DNA from: Chthoniobacterales bacterium | GTDB taxonomy: Bacteria; Verrucomicrobiota; Verrucomicrobiia; Chthoniobacterales; Chthoniobacteraceae | Reading direction: 5' to 3' | Assembly: GCA_038207335.1 (NCBI GenBank) | Contig: JBBQZX010000002.1 | Location: 160,001-224,000 of the forward strand | Length of the DNA stretch: 64,000 nucleotides | Part shown: piece by piece, positions 10,296 to 18,574 of the stretch | Layout: each line of letters starts with the position of its first letter | Numbering within the stretch: position 1 is the first letter of the stretch | Notes under the pieces: generated by a model | What the model saw: the letters and a program-made list of their open reading frames with translations, nothing else | The model's database searches: none | Told to the model about the DNA's origin: nothing | Made by a program: the position numbers and the translations under genes

Positions 10296-11192
10296 ATGAT
10301 CTCCAGCGAATTCGATTACCGCAAAATGTCCCCTGCCGTTGCGGAGAGATTCGCGCGCATCCGACAGCGCCCGGTCATTCTCAGCGTGCGCGATTTGGAA
10401 AAGCGGTTCGGCAGCGAGGAGGGAGCGCATACCGCGTTCCAAGGTGTGTCGCTCGATATTCATCGGCGCGAGTTCATCTGCGTCATTGGGCCGTCGGGCT
10501 GTGGAAAGTCGACATTCATCCGCATCGTCGCGGGACTGGATGAAGCGAGCGATGGCGTTGTCTTGCTCGATGGGAAAGCGGTGACGGGACCTGGTCCCGA
10601 CCGTGGGATGGTCTTTCAAGGCTACACGCTTTTCCCGTGGCTCACGGTGCGGGCGAATGTCATGTTTGGCCTTCAAATGTGCGGAAAGGACAAGCTGGTC
10701 GCCGAGAGTGAAGCGCGCGAGTGGCTCGACATGGTGGGTCTCACAAAGTTCGAGCACTCCTATCCGCACGAGTTGTCGGGCGGCATGAAGCAGCGGGTGG
10801 CCATCGCGCGGGCTTTGGCAAATGGTCCGCGCATTCTCATCATGGACGAACCTTTTGCCGCTCTCGATGCGCAGACTCGGTGCCAGATGCAGAGCTATCT
10901 GCTGCAGATTTGGAAGAAGGTGGATGTCACCATTTTGTTCATCACGCACGATCTCGAAGAGGCGGCTTATCTTGCCGATCGCGTGCTGGTGATGGGCACG
11001 AATCCGGGGCGCGTGGTGGAGTTCATCGACAATCCGGTGCCGCGTCCACGTAGCTCGGCGCAGTTTCTATCAACTGAGTATCTGGCGTTGAAAGCGCGCC
11101 TTGATGAACTCATCCATCCGCCGGTGGAAGTCGGAGACGAGGATCTGCTGCCGATGGTAAAGCTGACATCAGCCGGGGATGATGTGGAGTAA
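10296..11192 (+). CDS. ABC transporter ATP-binding protein
   Basis: Walker A GPSGCGKST, LSGGMKQR signature, Walker B ILIMDEPF. Confidence 0.95.
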   Translation: MISSEFDYRKMSPAVAERFARIRQRPVILSVRDLEKRFGSEEGAHTAFQGVSLDIHRREFICVIGPSGCGKSTFIRIVAGLDEASDGVVLLDGKAVTGPGPDRGMVFQGYTLFPWLTVRANVMFGLQMCGKDKLVAESEAREWLDMVGLTKFEHSYPHELSGGMKQRVAIARALANGPRILIMDEPFAALDAQTRCQMQSYLLQIWKKVDVTILFITHDLEEAAYLADRVLVMGTNPGRVVEFIDNPVPRPRSSAQFLSTEYLALKARLDELIHPPVEVGDEDLLPMVKLTSAGDDVE

Positions 11193-11279
11193 CTCAATGC
11201 TTCGGCTCGAAGTATCGGAGTAGCTCTCGCGGAAGATTCTTTGTTGACACCTATGAGGTAGAGTTCTAACTGCGAGTCT

Positions 11280-11711
11280 ATGTCTGACTCCAAATCGTTC
11301 TGGAACCATCCTATCGACAAGCTCGAAGAAGCTCTGTCCATCCGCAAACAAATCGACTCACTGCAAGCGAAGCTCGCAAAGATCTTCGGTGGCGACAGTG
11401 CTTCGACGGCAGCCACCAAGCCCGCTAAGAGCAAGATCACCGTCCCCGCTGCTGCGAAGCGCAAGGGTGGGAAACGTATCGTCTCGGCGGAAGCTCGCGC
11501 GAAGATCGCCGCGGCGCAGAAGGCGCGTTGGGCTGTGAAAAAAGGAACTACCGCGAAGCCTGCAAAGGCTGCGAAACCGGCCAAAGCGGCGCCCGTTGCA
11601 AAGGCTGCGAAGCCGGCGAAGCGCAAGAGTGGGCTCACGCCGGAAGGCCGTGCGAAGCTGGCCGAGGCGATGAAGGCCCGCTGGGCAGCTCGCAAGAGTG
11701 CGCAGGCCTAA
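11280..11711 (+). CDS. Basic histone-like/nucleoid-associated protein
   Basis: Lys/Ala-rich with PAKAAK repeats and two copies of a SAEARAKIAAAQKARWA-like motif. Confidence 0.7.
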   Translation: MSDSKSFWNHPIDKLEEALSIRKQIDSLQAKLAKIFGGDSASTAATKPAKSKITVPAAAKRKGGKRIVSAEARAKIAAAQKARWAVKKGTTAKPAKAAKPAKAAPVAKAAKPAKRKSGLTPEGRAKLAEAMKARWAARKSAQA

Positions 11712-11738
11712 TCGATCCACCCCAAACCAAACCTCTAC

Positions 11739-11775
11739 AACGCCGTGCGTGCTTTGAGCTGCACGGCGTTTTTCT
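11739..11775 (+). terminator. Intrinsic terminator
   Basis: aacgccgtgc...gcacggcgtt stem followed by T-run. Confidence 0.7.
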
Positions 11776-11907
11776 TGTACGCGCGGCTCACTGAGCGTGC
11801 ATTTCTTTTTGGAAAATCGCGGCGCGTTGTCCTACAAGCGTGGCTTCGTTCGTCGCTTTTAAAAGCAAATCATCGCGAAGCCAGCCAACTCCTAATCTTC
11901 ACAACTC

Positions 11908-13023
11908 ATGAGCAAAGTAAGAGTCCTCGTCGGCACCAAAAAAGGTGCCTTCATCCTCACTTCCGATGGGAAACGGGAGCAGTGGGATGTGGCCGGTCCG
12001 TTCTTTACGGGTTGGGAGATGTTTCATTTGAAAGGGTCGCCGGTGGACCAGGATCGCATTTATGCCTCGCAGACAAGCGGTTGGTTTGGGCAACAGATTC
12101 AGCGTTCGCGTGATGGCGGGAAGACGTGGGAGCAGGCGGGCAATGACTTTCAATACGATGGCACGCCGGGGACGCATAAGTGGTATGACGGCACGCAGCA
12201 TCCGTGGGAGTTCAAGCGCATCTGGCATCTGGAGCCGTCGCTCACCGACCCGGATACGGTGTTCGCGGGGGCGGAAGATGCGGCGCTTTTCAAGACGACG
12301 GATGCGGGGCAGACGTGGCAGGAATTGCCTGCGCTGCGCGCGACGAAGGGCGATCTGTGGCAGCCGGGCGCGGGCGGGATGGGGCTGCATACGATCCTGC
12401 TGGACCCGTCGAATCCGCAGCGCATTTTCGCGGCGATCTCGGCGGCGGGGGTCTTTCGGACGGATGACGGCGGGGCGAACTGGAAGCCGATCAATCGCGG
12501 GCTGAAGTCTGCATATGAGATTCCCGATCCCGCCGCGGAGGTGGGACATTGCGTGCATCGCATCGCCATGCACAGCTCGCGACCGGAGGTGCTCTTCATG
12601 CAGAAGCACTGGGATGTGATGCGGACGGATAACGCGGGCGAGATGTGGTACGACATCGGCGAGGGGCTGCCGACCGACTTCGGCTTTCCGATCGATGTGC
12701 ATGCGCATGAGCCGGAGACGATCTATGTGGTGCCGATCAAGAGCGACTCGGAGCACTTTCCGCTCGACGGGGCGCTGCGGGTGTATCGCAGCCGGACGGG
12801 CGGGAATGAGTGGGAGCCGCTGACGCGTGGGCTGCCGGAAAAGGACTGCTATGTGAATGTGCTGCGGGATGCGATGGCGGTCGATTCGATGCCGGAATGC
12901 GGGATCTACTTTGGGACGACGGGCGGGCAGGTCTATGTGTCCGCCGATAGCGGCGACTCTTGGAGCGCGATCGTGCGGGACCTCCCGGCTGTTTATTCGG
13001 TGGAAGTGCAGACGCTGCCGTGA
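11908..13023 (+). CDS. BNR/Asp-box beta-propeller protein (sialidase-like fold)
   Basis: Repeated Asp-box motifs ([32 protein letters not shown]); N-terminal [10 protein letters not shown]. Confidence 0.85.
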   Translation: MSKVRVLVGTKKGAFILTSDGKREQWDVAGPFFTGWEMFHLKGSPVDQDRIYASQTSGWFGQQIQRSRDGGKTWEQAGNDFQYDGTPGTHKWYDGTQHPWEFKRIWHLEPSLTDPDTVFAGAEDAALFKTTDAGQTWQELPALRATKGDLWQPGAGGMGLHTILLDPSNPQRIFAAISAAGVFRTDDGGANWKPINRGLKSAYEIPDPAAEVGHCVHRIAMHSSRPEVLFMQKHWDVMRTDNAGEMWYDIGEGLPTDFGFPIDVHAHEPETIYVVPIKSDSEHFPLDGALRVYRSRTGGNEWEPLTRGLPEKDCYVNVLRDAMAVDSMPECGIYFGTTGGQVYVSADSGDSWSAIVRDLPAVYSVEVQTLP

Positions 13024-13316
13024 TCCGCGTCGTCCTGCCATTTCACCTCCGCACGCTGGCCGGGGTGGGCGGCGAGGTGGCCGTGGAGGTGGCCGCGCCT
13101 GTCACCATCGGCGCGATTCTGAATGCGGTGGAGGCGTGCTACCCGCAGTTGCGCGGGACGATCCGCGATCACGGGACGCTGCGGCGCCGGGCTTTCCTGC
13201 GGTTTTTCGCCTGTAGAGAGGATATTTCGCTGGAACCCGCGGACACGCCGGTGCCGGAAGCCGTGGTGCGCGGAGAGGAGCCGTTTCTGATCGTCGGGGC
13301 GATGGCGGGAGGCTGA
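13020..13316 (+). CDS. MoaD/ThiS family ubiquitin-like protein
   Basis: GTG start overlapping the upstream [17 protein letters not shown]...C-terminal AMAGG di-glycine. Confidence 0.85.
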   Translation: MIRVVLPFHLRTLAGVGGEVAVEVAAPVTIGAILNAVEACYPQLRGTIRDHGTLRRRAFLRFFACREDISLEPADTPVPEAVVRGEEPFLIVGAMAGG

Positions 13317-13357
13317 GCAGCGCAGGTCGGAGGCTTTCGTTTTCCGGGCGGTAGGAA

Positions 13358-15000
13358 TCAACTGCAGCGACGACGGCGGCGCAGGCCGAGGAGCATGGCT
13401 GTGCCGCCGATGAGCGAAAGCGCGGCGCTTGGCTCGGGGACGAGGACAAGCCGTCCCCGCCAAGGACGACGCGACTACCCGCGCCGGTTGTGGAGGAACG
13501 TCGGAGGAGAATGTTGCTATTCCCCAGCGCGAGGCCGCCGGTGCCGATCGCGACCACGGATTGCGCGGCATTGTTTCCGAAGAGGCCGAACACGCCCGGC
13601 GCGCCGTTTGTTCCGGCGGAGATGGTGTTTGCATGTTGGTGAGGGTAAGGCTGTTGAAGGTGGAAACGGAGCCGTTGCTGCCGGTGTAGGAGGCGCCGCC
13701 GGTGAAGGTCGCAGCGTTTCCGATCGTCCACTGCGAGGTGGTGCCGGCGGTGAAATTGCCCGTGCCGCTGACGTTCAAATTTGCGAACGTCTCATTGATC
13801 GACGCCACTCCGCTGCCGAATCCGTTGGCATTCAGAAAGCCAGCGGTGACATCTCCGTTGCGGTGTCCGCGATCTGGTTGTTCCGGCCCGAGGTGTAAGT
13901 GACCGCCCCGCCAGCGACCGTCAGGTTACCGCCGATCGCCTGCACATCAGTTGCCTTGTTGAGCACGACCGTGCCCGCGTTCACCGTCACGAGGCCCGTG
14001 AAGGTATTCGCTCCGTGCCGCTGAGCGTGACCCGCCCGGTCCCTTCCTTCGTGAAGCCGAAGCCACTCCCGTCATCGCCCAGTGCGCCATTGAGCGTCAA
14101 GGACAGGACCGCGCCGGTGGGATTTGCGACGGAAAAAGTGGGCGATCCAGTCAACGTGTGCGTGCCCGTGAATTGCGAGACCTGCGTTCCGCTGGTAGCC
14201 AAACCAATCGCGTTGGCGGTCAGCGTCTGCGCGCCGATTCTCAGACTCCCCAATGTCATGGTTACGCCGCCACTTCCGCTGCTGGGGCCGGTGTTGATCG
14301 TCGAGTTGCCCGAGACGGTGACCGGCGTGGTGAAAGTCGTGCCCGTCGCGAGTTGCCAAGGTTAGGGTTCCGCCGTCGAGATTGACCGTCGCCGCACTCG
14401 TCAGGGCGTTGGCAGCCCTGAACACAAGAGCGCTCTCCCGCACAGTCACCGTGCCGATGTAATCATTCGCAGCGAAAAGGTGCAGCTGATCCACCCCAGT
14501 CTTCAGCAGCGGACCCGAGCCGGTGAGTTGGTTGACCGTGCCGAGGTTGATTCGCGTCGTCGTTTCAATGGTGTCCCCGGTCGCGACCGTGAAATTCCGC
14601 TGCACCGGACTAGCGCCACGCTCAAATTCTCGTCCGCATTTACGCTACCGATCATCACGCTCCGCGCGTTGCTCACCGAATCGACGGTGAAATCTCCGCC
14701 GAGCGTCGCAGTGCGATTCGCGGCAAACCCGGCTAGCGTAAGATTTCCCGGGCCAGCGTGGAGAAGATTCCACGCAGCGGGCAGCGTGCGGTCGGCGGAA
14801 AAAAGGATCGTCTGATCGCCCGCGACCGAGAGCGTCGGAGGGAAAAGATCGTCGATGGTGCCGCCCGCCCAGTTCGCGGTGTCGTTGTATTCGTAAGTGC
14901 CGGCGGCGGGTTGCAGCCAATCCGCGCGCACGCTAATAGTGGCGATGAGTGCTGTGATCCCGACGGCGAGGGGGAGGGTGGCAGTGAAGCGAAGGGTCAT
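13358..15000 (-). pseudogene. Frameshifted PEP-CTERM protein with autotransporter-associated beta-strand repeats
   Basis: Signal peptide at 15000; repeats LLKTGVDQLHLFAANDYIGTVTV and FTKEGTGRVTLSGT/ANTFTGLVTVNAG in different frames; terminal VPEPSAALSLIGGTAMLLGLRRRRRCS*. Confidence 0.75.
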
Positions 15001-15089
15001 GTGCATGGGATGGTTTTTGAGGGGATGTGCGGCAATTAAAGCTGCGCAAAAATCCGCTCCTACGCCGCGGCGGGCAACCGACCGCGCAT

Positions 15090-17152
15090 CTATCGAAAGT
15101 CATACTGCCGACCTTGCGGCCTACTCGCCGTCCGCTTGGAGCGACAAGCGCCAGAAGTCGCGCGGCTGGGTGGGGCCGAGCGGGGCGGCGAGCGAAAGAC
15201 ATACTCGCGGAGGCTCTGCGTCAGCAGGAGTTGATCGAGAAAGACCGGCTCCTCCGCACTCCAGTTCACGAGTTCGCTGGAGTACTGCGGCAGCAGCCGC
15301 AGGTCGTCGATGAGGCTGGAGGCGCGGAAGCGAAAGGTGAGCCATTCGCCGGGGAGGCCGCGCGGCGTCAAATCCTCGATCGCGGTGGATGGCGTCCAGC
15401 TTTCGGGAGGGTTCCTCGGGTCCGTCTCGCCGAGATAATCAAACCCATTCGCAAGGCCGTGGGCGTAGGGATTCGCCGCGAGGCCGGCGACGGCGGGGTC
15501 GAGGACTTCTCCCGGCGTAAAGTGAGACGCCTGCCAGTCGCCAAAGGTCTGCGTGCCGGTGCGCGTGGATTGCACATGGAGCTGGTTGTTCACGATGTCC
15601 GTCTCGATCGCGCTCTGGCTCGCGGCGACATCCGTCAGCTCGTACGGCGCGGCCTGCAAATCGTACAGATCATATACCGGCGGCGTGCCGGATGCGACGA
15701 GCCGCCAGCGCTCGTGGCTCGACGAGGCCGGTAGCCGGCACTCCGCGAAAGGACATACCCGGCGCGCGGATGATGAGCGCCGAATGCAACGAGCGCTCGA
15801 GCACGGTGTGCTTGCCGAGCAAATCGTAGTCGTCGAGCTGCCAGCCGTGGTCGCCCCAGAGCACGACAATCGTATTCTCCGCGAGCCCGAGCGTGTCGAG
15901 CGTGTCGAGCGCGTCGAGCACTTTGCCGATCTGCGCATCGACGTATGAGACGCTGGCAAAGTAGGCGTGGCGCAGCTTGCGGCGATAAGCGTCGTCGGTA
16001 TGCACGCCAGGATCGCCGGGATAGTAGCCGTGGCCGTAGTTGCCGAGTTCGCCCGATTGCATCGTAGTCGCAATCGCGGCGCCAGCCGGCTTCACGAGAG
16101 GGTAAGGCTCGGGCAGCGTCGCGGGATCATAGAGATCGTCGTAGGCTTTCGGCGCATTGAACGGCAGGTGCGGCCGAAAGAAACCGACGCCGAAAAAGAA
16201 CGTCGTTCCGTAGTCCTTCAGCTCGCGCAATTTCTCGACCGCGGTCTCCGCGATGCGGCCATCCTGATACGCCGTGTCGGGCAGCGAAGCGCCGTTCGCA
16301 TCGATGCCGATTTCATAAGCGAGTGAAGCGCCCGCGGTGCGCCCGTTGCCCGCGGCATAGTTGAAAATCGGGTCGCTCCGTGCGCCCCAGCGGCCGTGAT
16401 CGAAGAGCAGTTCATCCCACGTCTGCGGCGCTTCCGCACTGCCGACGAGCGTCCGTCCGCGGTCGTCGCCACCGAGCCCGGCGGTGGTCGTCCAGCGAAA
16501 CCCATCCGGCTCGTGCGAGAGCTTTCCGAGGCCGACCGTGTGCCAGCCGTTGTTGCGCAGCAGATGGCCCCACGTCTCTGGATTTCCCGCGAGCAGGTTT
16601 GAACGCGTTGTTGCCGGTGAGCGCAATTTCGACAGGCTGCCCGGCGACCGTCGTGAAGATGAAGCCAAGCACGGGGATTTGCGCATCGGAGATGAACGTG
16701 GTCGCCAGCCCATCGGCACCGAGCACGGTCGGCTGCACGCTGCCTTTCAACACTCCGGCGATGCGACCTTCGATCGTCGTGCGCGTAGTGGGACTCGCGC
16801 CTTCGGCAAATGCGAGGCCGCTGCCGTTGAAAGTGTCGAGATGCGTGCTCCGGAAATAATACGTGCCGGATGGCAGCCCGCCGATGCGCAGCGTGATCGC
16901 GCCATCGCGCGCACCGAGGAAATCGGCGACGAGAAAGGGCTGCGACGCGGTGTCCGCCGAGCCGTGTGGTCCGCCATCCCAGTCGGCGCGACCAGCGAAT
17001 GAACCGATCCGGAAAGCCCCACACTGCCCCAGCGGTTTTACCGCGTGGAAGAAGTGAACGACACCGTGCCGTAGGACGATCGGGACGGACCGCACGTCAT
17101 CGAGCCGAGGAGTGCCGTCAACCCGAATAGCGGTCGAGCGGAGCGAGGCCAC
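15090..17152 (-). pseudogene. Fragmented sulfatase (iduronate-2-sulfatase-like) with accessory domains
   Basis: GKLSH, GFFRPHLPF, YFASVSYVDAQIG, WGDHGW, GKHT motifs in 15670-16600; flanking parts in other frames; no CxPxR catalytic motif found. Confidence 0.7.
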
Positions 17153-17251
17153 GGTTCACAACGAAATGCGAAAGCCGCGTCAGCCGCGAAACGCGATGGC
17201 TACGGGGTTTGCGCCGCTGCACGGCATCGGCGGGCTACGACTTGTGAATGC

Positions 17252-18556
17252 CTAAACTTCCTCCAACGGCCGCACGGCGTCGCCGAACGTTTTTGGACGG
17301 AGGTTCATTTTGTCCATGAGGGAGAGGTAGAGGCGGCACATTTGGCGGTCGGGTTTGTCTTTGTAGTCGAGGATGCGTCCGCCTTTGATTTTACCGCCGC
17401 CGCCGCCGAGGAGGAGGACGGGGAGCTGGCTGGCGTCGTGGCTGCCAGTGAGCATGGAGGAGCAGTAGAGGAGCATGGTGTTGTCGAGGGCGGTGCGGGG
17501 GCCTTCTTGGATTGCGTCGAGGCGCGCGGCGATGTAGGCGAGCTGTGAGAGGAAGAATTGGTTCACTTTTAGCCAATCCGCAGTGTCGGTGTGGGAGAGG
17601 AGGTGGTGGATCATGTAGTCCACGCCGAGGCCGGGGAAGCGGAGGGAGCTGTGGTCGTTGTTGAGCTTCAGGGTGCAGAGGCGCGTGGTGTCGGTCTGGA
17701 AGGCGAGGACGAGGAGGTCGCTCATGAGGCGCATGTGCTCGGCGATGTCCTGGGGGATGCCGTCGGGGGGACGCGGGATGTTCGGGGCGGCGAGGGTGGG
17801 ACGCCAGCCTTGGAGTTCGCCGCGGTGGCTGGCGCTTTCGATGCGTTGTTCGACTTCGCGGACGGAGGTGAGGTATTCGTCGAGCTTTTGCTGGTCGCGG
17901 GCACTGATGGCGCGGCGCATGTCTTTGGCGTCGTCGAGGATGGCGTCGAGGACGCTGGCGTCGCCGCGGGCGGCGGTGTCTTTGAAGAGGCGGTCGAAGG
18001 CGAGGGCGGGGTAGAGCTCGAGGGGGGTGGGGGTGGTGGGGCTGCTCCACGAGATGTGGGAGCTGTAGAGCATGGAGTAGTTTTTGTGGACGGAGGGGTT
18101 GCTCTTTTCGCAGGCGAGGACGAGGGAGGGGACTTTGGTGCTGCGGCCGTAAGTCTGGGCGAGGAGCTGGTCGATGCTGGTGCCGGAGCGGATTTCGCCG
18201 CCGGAGGCAAGGGGGGCGCCGGAGAGGAGGTTGCCGGTCTGGGAGCTGTGGATGTTGCCTTTCTGGGCCTCGGCGTTGTAGAGGCCGCGGATGAAGAGCA
18301 TTTTCTCGCGGAAGGGGGCGAGAGGCTGGAGAACTTGGCCGAGTTCCATTTGCGCGCCTTCACCACGTGCCCACCACTCTTTGGAATGGAAGCCGTTGCC
18401 GGAGAAGAGGACGGCGAGCCGCGTGGGGGCTTCGCTGGCGGGCTCGGAGGTGCGGGGTTCGTCGCCCCAGACGGTGAGGGATTCCATCCAGGGGAGGGCC
18501 ATGGTGACTCCGAGTCCGCGGAGGAAGGCGCGGCGGGTGAAGCGGTGGGTGGGCAT
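17252..18556 (-). CDS. DUF1552 domain-containing protein (Tat-like leader)
   Basis: TRRAFLRGLGVTMALPWMESL leader, HISWSSPTTP, FDRLF, LDEYLTSVREVE, HHLLSH motifs. Confidence 0.85.
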   Translation of the reverse strand: MPTHRFTRRAFLRGLGVTMALPWMESLTVWGDEPRTSEPASEAPTRLAVLFSGNGFHSKEWWARGEGAQMELGQVLQPLAPFREKMLFIRGLYNAEAQKGNIHSSQTGNLLSGAPLASGGEIRSGTSIDQLLAQTYGRSTKVPSLVLACEKSNPSVHKNYSMLYSSHISWSSPTTPTPLELYPALAFDRLFKDTAARGDASVLDAILDDAKDMRRAISARDQQKLDEYLTSVREVEQRIESASHRGELQGWRPTLAAPNIPRPPDGIPQDIAEHMRLMSDLLVLAFQTDTTRLCTLKLNNDHSSLRFPGLGVDYMIHHLLSHTDTADWLKVNQFFLSQLAYIAARLDAIQEGPRTALDNTMLLYCSSMLTGSHDASQLPVLLLGGGGGKIKGGRILDYKDKPDRQMCRLYLSLMDKMNLRPKTFGDAVRPLEEV

Positions 18557-18574
18557 GGTGTGTGTGGGATGACG

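Noticed and set aside
11244..11272. TTGACA upstream of the histone-like gene as a sigma70 promoter
   Set aside because: Perfect -35 but no convincing -10 at 16-18 bp
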